A DNA stretch of 64,000 bases from assembly GCA_963814585.1 (NCBI GenBank), contig CAWFDF010000014.1, positions 96,001 to 160,000 of the forward strand, in the 5' to 3' direction. Positions 46,064 through 57,399 of this stretch are shown here, piece by piece; the stretch's first letter is position 1, and each line of letters starts with the position of its first letter. The notes under the pieces are model-generated. The model did no database searches and was not told where the DNA came from. It saw only the letters and a program-made list of their open reading frames with translations. The position numbers and the translations under genes are program-made. Source of the DNA: an uncultured delta proteobacterium (GTDB taxonomy: Bacteria > Myxococcota > Myxococcia > Myxococcales > Anaeromyxobacteraceae).

Positions 46064-47224
46064 CTACTTGAGCTCCACCTCGACGGCGTTGGCGGTCACC
46101 TTCTTCACCTTGCAGGCGTAGCCCGGGTACTTGCGGGCGGCCAGCTCACCCGCCAGCCCGTCGGCGGTGCCGGCCAGCGTGACCTCCAGCTCGGCGCGCC
46201 CGTCCTCCATCGAGCGCTGCTGCACGTCCTTGACCCCCTTGACCGAGCTGGCCAGCACCGCCTTGAAGCCGGTGAGGCGGGCGTAGTCCTCGACTCCCTT
46301 CACCACCAGGCTGACCCGCTTCATCCCCGACTGCTCGCGGGTCCAGACCTTGCCGATCTTGGCGAAGAGGTCGGCGGCCAGCTGGCGGCCGGCGGCCGAG
46401 AGCGCGCCCCGGCCGGCGGTGGTCTGCTCGAACCCCTTGCCGGCCGGGCCGGTGAACTCGGTGGCGGCGATCACCTCGCCGGTGTCGGTGCGGACGGCGC
46501 GGGCCGAGACGTTGGCCACCGAGGAGTAGAAGGTGCCGTTGTCGATGGCCATCTCGCCGAGCGGCTTGGCGATGGCGCGGCCGACGACCACCACCTCGGC
46601 GCCGGCCAGCCGGCCAATCTCGCGCGCCTTCTGGACGTTGGGATCGGCGCCGATGGTCTCGAGCGTCACCTTGCCCGAGAGCACCTCGGGATCGATGAAG
46701 GAGAAGCCCGACTTCTCCATCCGGTCCATGAAGGCGTTCTCGACCACGCGCAGGTCGGCGCTGTTGCCGCCCCCCTGCCACCAGCCGGTGGCCTGCGAGG
46801 CATTGATGGCCTGCTCCGCCACCAGCGTCATGATCCGCGGCATGCCGGCCCGCCGGTAGGCGATGCCGAAGGCCAGCAGGTCCTCGTCCAGCTTGCCCTC
46901 GGAGACCTCGCAGCGGAGCCTGGTGACCCAGGTGTTCCCGTCGGCCTTGTCCTCGAGCACGGTGAACTTGCGGATGTACCCGGTGGAGTGGGCGTAGATC
47001 TTGTCCGACAGCAGCCTGGCCTGGTCGGTCTCGGTGGCCGCGGTGACGATGGTGGTGGCCACCTGCTGGACGCAGTTGCGGAGCGCGTCGTCCTTGGCGG
47101 CCGCCTTGGCGGCCAGCTTGTCGTCGGCGATGGCGGCCTGGCCGGTGGCCTCGGTGGTCTTGATGGCGTCTTCGGCGGCCGCGCTGGAGGCGGCGAGGAT
47201 GGCGATGGCGAGGATGCGCTTCAT
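46064..47224 (-). CDS. Exported protein with FlgT-N-like domain and CsgG-like central domain
   Basis: Signal peptide; EATGQA..AKAAAKDDALRNCVQQ..GYIRKFTVLE; AREIGRLAGAEVVVVG, VRTDTGEVI. Confidence 0.6.
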   Translation of the reverse strand: MKRILAIAILAASSAAAEDAIKTTEATGQAAIADDKLAAKAAAKDDALRNCVQQVATTIVTAATETDQARLLSDKIYAHSTGYIRKFTVLEDKADGNTWVTRLRCEVSEGKLDEDLLAFGIAYRRAGMPRIMTLVAEQAINASQATGWWQGGGNSADLRVVENAFMDRMEKSGFSFIDPEVLSGKVTLETIGADPNVQKAREIGRLAGAEVVVVGRAIAKPLGEMAIDNGTFYSSVANVSARAVRTDTGEVIAATEFTGPAGKGFEQTTAGRGALSAAGRQLAADLFAKIGKVWTREQSGMKRVSLVVKGVEDYARLTGFKAVLASSVKGVKDVQQRSMEDGRAELEVTLAGTADGLAGELAARKYPGYACKVKKVTANAVEVELK

Positions 47225-47245
47225 GTGGTGGCTCCCCCTGGAGTC

Positions 47246-47998
47246 CTAGTCGGCGATGATGACGACGCGCCCTTCGGCCAGGAACGGTGGCCGGGCCGCG
47301 AAGGTGGCGGTGTCGGTGGCTGCCAGCACCAGGTCGGTCCCTTGCGCCCGCACCGCCTTGACCACCAGCGGCCGATCGCCGAGCCGGGAGGCGAGCTCGC
47401 GCCTGGCGGCGTCGAGGCTCCTGGCATAGGCGGCCACGCCGCCGGACTTGCGGGCCGACTCGCCCAGCGTCGCCGGGCCGTAGAGCTCCTTGCCGCTCTC
47501 GTCGACCAGCCTGGGGGCCAGCGCCGGGGAGATCTTGAGGCCGGTGGCGTCGATGACCAGCGAGGTGGGGCCGGAGGCGGCGGGGGCCGCGGCGGCCTTG
47601 GGCAGCAGGACCTCTCCGACCGCGTCGAGCGGGACTTCGACGTCGAGCTCGACGCCGCCGTCCGAGAAGTAGCGGGTGGCGACGGTGCGGAACCCGCGCA
47701 CCGCCCCCTCGACCGACCCCTTGATGGCGTTGTCGGCCCCGATGGCGGTGCCGACCGTCTGGCTCCCGCTCACGGTGACGCCCTTCATCACCTCGAGGCA
47801 GTTGCGGAGCGCGTCGAGCTTGGCGGCCTTCTCGGCGCCGATGCGCGCCACCGCCACGTTGCCGGCCGCGTCCTTCAGGTTGGCGGCGCCGCTGCCGGTG
47901 CACCGGGCGACCCGCTTCTGCCAGTCGACGCCGCCGGGCTCGGCGAGCGCGGTGGCCGGGAGGGCGGCCGCGACGGCGAGGACGAGAACGAACCGCAT
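47246..47998 (-). CDS. Exported LPP20/FlgT-N-like protein
   Basis: Signal peptide; AEKAAKLDALRNCLE; TSLVIDATGL..PALAPRLVDESGKELYG. Confidence 0.6.
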   Translation of the reverse strand: MRFVLVLAVAAALPATALAEPGGVDWQKRVARCTGSGAANLKDAAGNVAVARIGAEKAAKLDALRNCLEVMKGVTVSGSQTVGTAIGADNAIKGSVEGAVRGFRTVATRYFSDGGVELDVEVPLDAVGEVLLPKAAAAPAASGPTSLVIDATGLKISPALAPRLVDESGKELYGPATLGESARKSGGVAAYARSLDAARRELASRLGDRPLVVKAVRAQGTDLVLAATDTATFAARPPFLAEGRVVIIAD

Positions 47999-48059
47999 GA
48001 TGACCTCCGCGATGAGGAACGGCACGTCCGGCAGGGCTGGACCTGCCTTGACGCTGGTC

Positions 48060-48102
48060 AGACTAGCAGTGAGCCACCTGGTCCGATGTGATGGATGTCA
48101 CC
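48060..48102 (-). promoter_or_regulatory. Class II CRP/FNR-family-dependent promoter
   Basis: TGTGA-N6-TCACC at 48087-48102; extended -10 TGcTAGTCT at 48068-48060; site centre at about -41.5. Confidence 0.65.
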
Positions 48103-48203
48103 AAAAGGGCCGGGGGGCCCCTACCGGGGCGTCCTGGTCCTATCCGCCATCCAAGGGGAGGCCTCGAATGCCCCGCATGGGGGTTCGACTCCTCCTGCGT
48201 GAA

Positions 48204-48944
48204 CTACTCTGGGACGGATGAGCGGGGCCTCCATTCATCCCGGCGGGCCCGGAGCGTCACCACGGCCTCGACGGTCGAGGCCCGCAGGAAGGGGTTGGTG
48301 GCTCGCTCCTCGGCCAGCGTCGAGGCGGCAGGCTCCTCGCCGGCCCGCCGCGCCTCGAGGACCGCGTCGAGCCGACGGCGCAGCGGGGCCGACCCGGGCT
48401 CGATCTCCAGCGCAAACGGCAGGTTGGCCTCGGCGTAGTCGTGCCCCGGGTGGACCTCCAGCGCGCCGTCGAGCCGCCCCACCACCTCCAGCAGGCTCCG
48501 CGCCAGCTGGCGCGGGTCGCCCCCGTTCCTGCAGTTCCCGCAGCCGCCCCAGAAGAGCGTATCGCCGGTGAGCAGCCGGCCGCGCCACTCGAGCAGCACC
48601 GACCCCGGCGTGTGGCCGGGGGCGGCGTGGATCTTCAGCGTGATCGTCCCGAGCTGGACCTCGGCCCGTCCGGCCAGGTCCAGGTCGGGCGCGAACCAGG
48701 CCGCGTCGGCGCCGTGGCCGAGCACCTCGGCCCGGAGCCGGCCTCGCAGCGCCGCCGTGCCCCCGGTGTGGTCGGCGTGACCGTGGGTGTGGACGATCCA
48801 GCGGGGCGCCACGCCGTGAGCCGCCGCCACCGCCAGCGCCACCTCGGGATCGCCCGGATCGACCAGCACCGCGTCGCGCCCCTCCACCAGCAGGTAGAGG
48901 TAGTTGTCCTGGCGGTAGCGCGCGCGGGCGAAGCGTGTCGTCAC
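48204..48944 (-). CDS. Hydroxyacylglutathione hydrolase (glyoxalase II)-like MBL-fold hydrolase
   Basis: DNYLY, THGHADHTGG, PGHTPGS, GDTLF, PGHDY, ERATNPFLR. Confidence 0.88.
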   Translation of the reverse strand: MTTRFARARYRQDNYLYLLVEGRDAVLVDPGDPEVALAVAAAHGVAPRWIVHTHGHADHTGGTAALRGRLRAEVLGHGADAAWFAPDLDLAGRAEVQLGTITLKIHAAPGHTPGSVLLEWRGRLLTGDTLFWGGCGNCRNGGDPRQLARSLLEVVGRLDGALEVHPGHDYAEANLPFALEIEPGSAPLRRRLDAVLEARRAGEEPAASTLAEERATNPFLRASTVEAVVTLRARRDEWRPRSSVPE

Positions 48945-49330
48945 GGGGCCTCCTCGGGGTGGTGACAGAGGCCGATCCGGTTCCCCTCGGGGTCTCGGAG
49001 GTAGAGCGTCCAGCGGGTCCGGTGGACCACCTCGACGCCGGCCGCCGTCAGCCTCGCCTCCCAGCCCGGCCGTCCCCCCACGTCGATGCGGAGCGCCACC
49101 AGGTGGAGGCCGGCGCGCGGATCCCGCCACGGCCGCCCCTCCGCCGCCGCGCCGGCCCGCTCCAGCGCCAGGAAGCCGCCACCCTCCAGCGCCAGCCAGA
49201 CGGCCCGATCCAGGCCGCCCTCCCCGGGCCAGCGCCTCAGCACCTCCAGGCCGAGCACCTCCCGGTAGAAGCGCTCGCACCGCTCGAGCTCGGCGCACTG
49301 GATGGCCACGTGGTGGAGCCCCGGCACCAT
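48941..49330 (-). CDS. VOC/glyoxalase family protein
   Basis: LHHVAI, ERFYREVLGL, LYLRDPEGNRI. Confidence 0.88.
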   Translation of the reverse strand: MVPGLHHVAIQCAELERCERFYREVLGLEVLRRWPGEGGLDRAVWLALEGGGFLALERAGAAAEGRPWRDPRAGLHLVALRIDVGGRPGWEARLTAAGVEVVHRTRWTLYLRDPEGNRIGLCHHPEEAP

Positions 49331-49405
49331 GGGTCGAGGGTAGCCCCACGCCTCCGGGCGCGCCACCCCGGCCGGGCCTCGCGGGGCGCGTGGTAGCATC
49401 GCGGG

Positions 49406-50728
49406 GTGGTTCGACCCCTCTCCGGGAAGCGGCTGCTGCTGGTCGTCGAGGACGCCACCCTGGCCGGGTTGCTGGCCGAGGCGTCCCGGCGGCTGGGGGC
49501 CGAGGTGGAGGTGACGTCCACCGGTCGTGGCGCGCTGGGGGTGCTCCAGCGCCCGGCGACGCCGCACGTCGCCATCGTCGACCTTCCCCTCGCCGACGTG
49601 CGAGGCGGCGAGGTGATTGGCGCGATGCGCCGCGTCGGCATCCCGGTCATCGCCCTCTCCGGAGTCTTCCGCGGGCCGCGGGCCGCCGGCGAGGTGCTGC
49701 GCCTCGGCGCCGCCGACTTCTTCGAGAAGCCCTTCCCGGTGCTCGCCCTGATGGCGCGCGCGGCGCGGCTGATGGGGGCCGCGCTGCCGGGCCTGGAGAC
49801 GCCGCAGGACGAGGTGACCGGGGCCATCCCGCTGGGACCGACCGCAGCGCCAGGTCAGCCCATCCACGGCGATCCCTACCTGGCGCTGGCGCTCGGAGAC
49901 GAGCCCGTCACCTCGCCGCCGGCGCCCCTCCCCTCCCTGGCCGAGCCGCTCCCGGCTCCCGCGCCGGAAGCGCCCCTGCCCCCGGTGCCCCCGGCCCCTG
50001 GACGCCAGGGCGACCTGGTCCACACCCGGGTGCCGAGGCTGCTGGTGGCGCTGCACCAGGCCCAGGCCACCGGCGCCATCACCATCACGCGGGGTCCGGT
50101 CAAGAAGATCCTCCTGGTGGAGAAGGGCGCGCCCGTCTATGCCGCCTCCAACGTGGGCGCCGAGCGCCTCGGGGCCATCTGCGTCCGGCGCGGGCTGCTC
50201 TCCGCCGAGGCGCTCGAGGAGCTGCGGCGCGGGGCGCCGGCGGCGCGGACCGGCGACCTGCTGGAGGGATCTGGCCTGCTGACGCCGCGGAGCCGCATCG
50301 AGCTGCACCGCGCCCAGGTGCGGGCCATCGCCTGGTCCATGTTCGAGTGGACCGAGGGCCGGTACGACTTCCAGCTGGCGCGGCCGCCCACGGGGATCCA
50401 GCGCCTCGGGCTCGCCATGGCCGACCTCCTGCTGGAGGGCATGGTGCGGGCCTCCACCCTGCCACGCCTCATCGCCGACCTGCCGGCCGGGATCCACCTG
50501 GCTCCTTCGCCGGACCCGGCCTTCGAGCTCTACGCGCTCGGGCTCCGCCCCGGTGAGGCCCACCTGCTCACGCTGTGCGACGGGACCAAGAGCGTGCAGG
50601 ACCTGGTGGCCCTGTCCCGGATGACCACGCGCGACGCGCTGGCCTTCCTGCAGGCCCTGCGGGTGATGCGCGTGCTCGACGACGTGTCGCGGGTGCTGGC
50701 CGGGACCGCTCGCATCGGCTTCATGTAG
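49406..50728 (+). CDS. Response-regulator receiver plus DUF4388-like domain protein
   Basis: LLVVED, AIVDLPL, FEKPF; Pro-rich linker; [22 protein letters not shown]. Confidence 0.75.
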   Translation: MVRPLSGKRLLLVVEDATLAGLLAEASRRLGAEVEVTSTGRGALGVLQRPATPHVAIVDLPLADVRGGEVIGAMRRVGIPVIALSGVFRGPRAAGEVLRLGAADFFEKPFPVLALMARAARLMGAALPGLETPQDEVTGAIPLGPTAAPGQPIHGDPYLALALGDEPVTSPPAPLPSLAEPLPAPAPEAPLPPVPPAPGRQGDLVHTRVPRLLVALHQAQATGAITITRGPVKKILLVEKGAPVYAASNVGAERLGAICVRRGLLSAEALEELRRGAPAARTGDLLEGSGLLTPRSRIELHRAQVRAIAWSMFEWTEGRYDFQLARPPTGIQRLGLAMADLLLEGMVRASTLPRLIADLPAGIHLAPSPDPAFELYALGLRPGEAHLLTLCDGTKSVQDLVALSRMTTRDALAFLQALRVMRVLDDVSRVLAGTARIGFM

Positions 50729-50805
50729 GCCCTGACCTGGGCGCGGCTTGCGGTGGCGGGGCCGGGGCGGCTATACAGGCCCCCCTTCAGAGGACGCCGA
50801 GGCCC

Positions 50806-52644
<1,839 letters not shown>

Positions 52645-52672
52645 GCCGGGTGAGGCGGGCGGGCCGGCGGGA

Positions 52673-54244
52673 TCAGGGGAGGACGATCGCGTCGGTCGGG
52701 GTGGGAATGGCCCGGACCTTCGCCTCCATGCGCCAGTAGCGGACGAACCCGGGCGCGGCCACCAGCGCCCGCGGCTGGAGGGCCCGCAGCCACGCCTCCA
52801 TGTCGGGTCGCCAGTCGACCTGCGGCAGGTACATGGCGTTGAGCGGCAGGTAGACCGAGGGGCGGCCGGTGTAATAGGTCAGCGCCTCGGCGTCCTCCGA
52901 CGCCACCAGCGCCTCACGTGGCAGCAGCGCGTCCAGGGCGGTGCCGATTCGCCGGTACCGCTCCGCCAGCACGGCTTCCCGCGGCGCCAGCGGCCAGAGC
53001 ACGCTCCCGGTCGCCCGCACCGCGACCACCGCCTTCCAGCTGCAGGCCAGCAGCACGACCACGACCGCCCCGACGCCCAGTCGCCTCGACCACGCCCGGC
53101 CCGAGATCAGGGCCCCCAGCCCGGCCGCCACCAGCACCACGAGCTCCAGGTGGAGCGCCGAGAGGTAGCGAACGTCGGGATACGGCGTCAGCGACACCAG
53201 GGCGATGCGCGTGACGGCGTGAAGCACGGTGACCACGCCGAGGGCCCTGACCGGCCCCGGGAGCCAGCGCCAGGTTGCGGCCAGCAGCACCGGTCCGGCG
53301 ACGATCAGCCCGTGGGTCACGCCGAGCGACCGCTCCAGGTTCGCGGCCAGCCAGGCCAGCCTCTCCTGGCCCCATACGCCGGGCTCCGTGAACACCGTGG
53401 GCACGACGCGCCCCGGAGCGAACCAGAGCATGTAGGCGGCCCCGGGGAAGGTGGTGACGGCGGTCTCGGCGTCGTGGCTGACGAGGGGCTTCCCGAAGGC
53501 GAGGAGGTTCCGGATCATCCACGGCGACATCACCGCGAGCAGGGCCAGCCCCGCGACGACCGCGGCGCGCCAGGCCGCGCGCCAGCCGTGGACCCGGCCC
53601 CAGGCGAGGAGCGCCGCCCCCAGGAGCGCCGGCACGAAGAGCAGGTCGTCGCTCCGCACCAGCAACATGGCCCCGAGCAGCCCTCCGGCCAGGCCGGAGC
53701 GCCTCGCCAGTCCCTCCTCCCGCTCCAGCGTCGGGAGCAGCGTCACCAGGGCCAGGAGCAGCAGGAGGATGGCGAGCGGGATCGAACGGCCCGCCGCCAG
53801 CTCGTCCCGGTAGCCGGCGTCGATGAGCGCGAAGGCCGGGAAGGCCGCCCACGGGAACGGCCAGCCCGGGCCGGCCAGCCGGAGCGCCAGCGCCCGGGCC
53901 GACACCCCGGTGGCGATCAGCACCGCCGCCGCCGGGATCAGCGACGACGAGACGCCGAGCCCGAAGAGCCGCGACGAGAGCCCGACCAGCAGCGGCCAGA
54001 TCGGCGGGAAGCTCCGGCTCACCTGCGGCCAGGAGATGGGGATGTTGAAGTCCCGCACCGAGGGGTTGGCGTACTGGAGGGTCGACCAGAACCGGTCGCC
54101 CAGCAGGTAGAAGGCGAAGGAGTCGGGCGAGAAGGCGCCGGCCTCCTCCCGCAGCCCGACCCAGAGCAGCGCGCCGGCCAGCGCGGCCCCACCCCATGGC
54201 CACCAGCGGGCCGCCGGGCCCTCGGAGGGAGCCGTCTCACCCAT
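52673..54244 (-). CDS. Multi-TM membrane protein, GT-C/ArnT-like
   Basis: Many TM helices; first loop SPDSFAF, FPPIWP, PWMIRN...GKP, DVRYL. Confidence 0.6.
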   Translation of the reverse strand: MGETAPSEGPAARWWPWGGAALAGALLWVGLREEAGAFSPDSFAFYLLGDRFWSTLQYANPSVRDFNIPISWPQVSRSFPPIWPLLVGLSSRLFGLGVSSSLIPAAAVLIATGVSARALALRLAGPGWPFPWAAFPAFALIDAGYRDELAAGRSIPLAILLLLLALVTLLPTLEREEGLARRSGLAGGLLGAMLLVRSDDLLFVPALLGAALLAWGRVHGWRAAWRAAVVAGLALLAVMSPWMIRNLLAFGKPLVSHDAETAVTTFPGAAYMLWFAPGRVVPTVFTEPGVWGQERLAWLAANLERSLGVTHGLIVAGPVLLAATWRWLPGPVRALGVVTVLHAVTRIALVSLTPYPDVRYLSALHLELVVLVAAGLGALISGRAWSRRLGVGAVVVVLLACSWKAVVAVRATGSVLWPLAPREAVLAERYRRIGTALDALLPREALVASEDAEALTYYTGRPSVYLPLNAMYLPQVDWRPDMEAWLRALQPRALVAAPGFVRYWRMEAKVRAIPTPTDAIVLP

Positions 54245-54854
54245 GGCTGGCGCCCCCGACTTCGAGCCGGGTCAGCCGGTGAAGGCCGCTGCCGAAGATC
54301 CAGTCCAGCCCCGGCGGGTAGATGCCGAGCCTCCTCCGGTCCTCGGAGACCTCGAGCCCGAGCTCGGCGAAGCCGCGCGACCATCGCTCGCTCGACCAGT
54401 AGTGGTAGGGGAGCACCACGCCGTGCCGCTCGTTCCCGACCCAGTCCATGAACCGGAGCAGCGGCCCGGAGAGCCAGCCGTCCTTGGTGTGGTCCTTGAC
54501 GATGACGCAGCGCCGGGCCACCCGGGCCGCCTCCCGCAGCAGCACGGCCGGATCGGGGGTGTGGTGGAGCACGTCGACGAAGATCACGGCGTCGAAGCTC
54601 CGGTCCGGGTGCGGGATGAGCGCGCCGTCGAAGAGCCTCACCGGGATGAAGGTCTCTGGCCGAAGGAGGACGTCGATCCCCTCGATGCGGAGATCTGGGC
54701 GGTGCCCCTTCACCGCCAGGTCGAGACGCCCGTCACCGCAGCCCACGTCGAGCACCGAGGCGCCCGCGGGGATCAGCTCCGCCAGGTGGCGGGCCAGCAC
54801 CTCGATGCGGCGACCATAGATGCTCCGGGCGTGGACGGCGTCGAGGAGCCCCAT
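54237..54854 (-). CDS. Class I SAM-dependent methyltransferase
   Basis: VLDVGCGDG, SFDAV, DVLHH. Confidence 0.9.
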   Translation of the reverse strand: MGLLDAVHARSIYGRRIEVLARHLAELIPAGASVLDVGCGDGRLDLAVKGHRPDLRIEGIDVLLRPETFIPVRLFDGALIPHPDRSFDAVIFVDVLHHTPDPAVLLREAARVARRCVIVKDHTKDGWLSGPLLRFMDWVGNERHGVVLPYHYWSSERWSRGFAELGLEVSEDRRRLGIYPPGLDWIFGSGLHRLTRLEVGGASHG

Positions 54855-54857
54855 GGA

Positions 54858-56039
54858 CTACCTCGCCTCAGGGCCGGAGCCGCCTCGGCGGACCCGGAGC
54901 TGGAGCACCGAGAGGAAGAAGGAGGAGAGCGCCACCTGCAGGCCGATGGTGAGCGCCAGCACCGCCGGGATCACCCCCCGGAGCGTGGTCCTCACGTCCA
55001 GCGGGCCGAAGTCCTCGCGCCCCCAGCGCAGGACCGCCACCAGCGAGCCCCCCAGCCCGAGGATCACGAGGATCACGCCGACCACCAGCCCGGCCTCCAG
55101 GGTGACGTGATCGAGCAGCCGGCGGTGGCGGCCGCGGTCCGGCAGCAGCCCTTCGGCCGACGCGAAGACCTTGGTGAAGGAGGCGAAGGCCACGGCCTGG
55201 AAGCCGACGATCACCGCCAGGGCGGCGTAGAGCAGCGTGTGGACGTCCAGCTCCGCGCCGAGGAGCTGGCGTGGCCGGGGCAGCAGCCAGGCCCCGACCA
55301 GCAGGCCGGCGACCAGGAGCAGCAGGCCCGGATAGAGGAAGAGCCAGTCGGGGCTGTAGAGGAGCATGAACCGCAGGTGGCGCCACCCGTCGCGCCAGGG
55401 GCGCAGGTGAGGCGGGCGGGAGCGACCGTCCCTGGAGAGCGTGGTCGGCACCTCGGCGACCTTCATGTCGAGGAGCGTCGCCTTGATGACCATCTCCGAG
55501 GCGAACTCCATGCCGGTGGTCCGCAAGTCCATCCGGTGAAAGGCATCCTTCGAGAACCCACGCAGCCCGCAGTGGAAGTCCCGGGCCGGGCAGCGGAAGA
55601 AGAGCCGGCCGATGCTGGTGAGGACCGGATTGCCGAGGTAGCGGTTCTTCCAGGGCATGGCGCCAGGGCCAATGCCGCCGAGGAAGCGATTCCCCATGAC
55701 CAGGTCGAAGCCCTGCCGCAGCCTGACGACGAAGGGCTGGAGCTCGAGGAAGTCGTAGGAGCCATCCGAATCGCCCATGATGACGTAGCGTCCCCGAGCC
55801 GCGAGCGACGCGGCGTGCAGGGCCGCCCCGTAACCACGCACCGGCACGTGGACCACGCGGGCCCCTTCCCGGATGGCGATCTCCTGCGATCCGTCGGTCG
55901 AGCCGTTGTCGCCGATCACCACCTCGCCGGCCACACCCGACGACTCCAGGTAGCGCCTGGCCTTCCGGATGCAGGTGGCCAGCGTCTCGGCCTCGTCGAG
56001 GCAGGGCATGACGATGGTCAGTTCGAGACCCGGCTCCAT
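54858..56039 (-). CDS. GT2 polyprenyl-phosphate glycosyltransferase (DPM1-like) with C-terminal TM helices
   Basis: VMPCLDE, DNGSTDG, GYGAAL, DSDGSYD, DFHCGLRGF, WRDGWRHL. Confidence 0.88.
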   Translation of the reverse strand: MEPGLELTIVMPCLDEAETLATCIRKARRYLESSGVAGEVVIGDNGSTDGSQEIAIREGARVVHVPVRGYGAALHAASLAARGRYVIMGDSDGSYDFLELQPFVVRLRQGFDLVMGNRFLGGIGPGAMPWKNRYLGNPVLTSIGRLFFRCPARDFHCGLRGFSKDAFHRMDLRTTGMEFASEMVIKATLLDMKVAEVPTTLSRDGRSRPPHLRPWRDGWRHLRFMLLYSPDWLFLYPGLLLLVAGLLVGAWLLPRPRQLLGAELDVHTLLYAALAVIVGFQAVAFASFTKVFASAEGLLPDRGRHRRLLDHVTLEAGLVVGVILVILGLGGSLVAVLRWGREDFGPLDVRTTLRGVIPAVLALTIGLQVALSSFFLSVLQLRVRRGGSGPEAR

Positions 56040-56067
56040 GACCCACCCCGTATCACGACTCGGGCGC

Positions 56068-57399
56068 TCACGGTCGCCTCTGCCGAGGTGCCGCGCAGAA
56101 GCCGATCGGCCGCGTCCCGATCACCTTCAGGTTCTCCACCATCACCTCGGGCGGATCGTGCCAGTAGAAGGCGCCCGAGAGCCGGCTCGTGACGTGGGGC
56201 CAGAGGAACGGGCCGAGCATCACCGCCGCCTGGGCGGCCAGCGTCAGGCCGAGCGCCGCGCCGACCCATCGGCGCCGTGCCGGGACCTGCCAGGCCGCCG
56301 GCAGCCAGCGCGCCAGCGCCGAGAGGTAGACCACGAAGACGGGCTGGTAGAGCCGCGCGATCCAGGTGCCCCGCATCTGCCACTTCCCCGGGTAGGGCGG
56401 CGCGAGGTTGTTGAAGAGCCAGACGCCGAGGGCCGCCAGCAGCACCGCCTTCTCCCAGGTGAGCAGCCGCTGGCCGCGCCGTCGGGCCCAGCCCAGCCAG
56501 GTGGCCAGGAAGAGGGCTGGCAGGAAGAAGAAGCCGGAGGCGAGCAGGTTCTGCGCGAAGACCAGCGGGGCCCGGAGCAGCAGATGGCCCCACTCCGCCA
56601 GGTCTCCCGGTGACGCCCAGGCCCGCAGCACGGTGCCGTAGATGCTGGTGTTGGGGTTGGAGAACGGCAGCCGGTAGGCCCACCAGAGCACGCCGAGGTT
56701 GACCACCGTCGGCGCCACCGCGAGGGCCACGGCGGCGCCGAGGACCCAGCCCCGTCGGAAGCGCAGCCAGACCAGCGCCGCGGCCGCCGGGAGGAAGAAG
56801 GGCCAGAGGTCGTAGGCCAGGAAGACGAGGCCGAGCGCAAGGGACAGCACGAGCGCCTCACCAGGCCGCTCCGCCCCCTCGAGCCTCCAGAGGATGGCGC
56901 CGGCCGCCAGGCAGGCCGGCACGATGGCGGCGTAGGAGTACGGCAGCCCGATCCAGTAGTGGACCCCGGGATGGACGGCGAGCAGCAGCAGCGCCGCCAG
57001 CGCGCCCCCCTCCCCCACCCGCCGCCTGAGGAAGATGGTGAAGCCGGCCGCGGCCACCGCCGTGAGGACGAAGTTGAAGAGGATTCCGCCGTACTCGACG
57101 CCGAACGACTTCATCCACGGGTAGGCGAGCACGGGGTAGAGGATCCGGCGCAGCACCACGCTCCACTCCCAGGTGGCGCGCGGCGCCCCGTCGAGCATCA
57201 GGAAGGCCGCGACGAACTGGCCGTGATCGGTGTTGACCACGTAGCCGCATGGAGGCCAGAGCACGGCGATGGAGGAGACGATGGCATACATGGCCAGCGT
57301 CCCGGTCGCCAGCCAGCCGAACAGGACCAGGACCAGGGTGCCGAGGGACAGCCCCGCCGAGAAGCGGCTAGACCAGGGCCGTGCGGGTGAAGACGACAT
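56068..57399 (-). CDS. Multi-TM membrane protein, possible GT-C fold
   Basis: About 10 hydrophobic segments; loop NTDH, RRILYP. Confidence 0.55.
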   Translation of the reverse strand: MSSSPARPWSSRFSAGLSLGTLVLVLFGWLATGTLAMYAIVSSIAVLWPPCGYVVNTDHGQFVAAFLMLDGAPRATWEWSVVLRRILYPVLAYPWMKSFGVEYGGILFNFVLTAVAAAGFTIFLRRRVGEGGALAALLLLAVHPGVHYWIGLPYSYAAIVPACLAAGAILWRLEGAERPGEALVLSLALGLVFLAYDLWPFFLPAAAALVWLRFRRGWVLGAAVALAVAPTVVNLGVLWWAYRLPFSNPNTSIYGTVLRAWASPGDLAEWGHLLLRAPLVFAQNLLASGFFFLPALFLATWLGWARRRGQRLLTWEKAVLLAALGVWLFNNLAPPYPGKWQMRGTWIARLYQPVFVVYLSALARWLPAAWQVPARRRWVGAALGLTLAAQAAVMLGPFLWPHVTSRLSGAFYWHDPPEVMVENLKVIGTRPIGFCAAPRQRRP

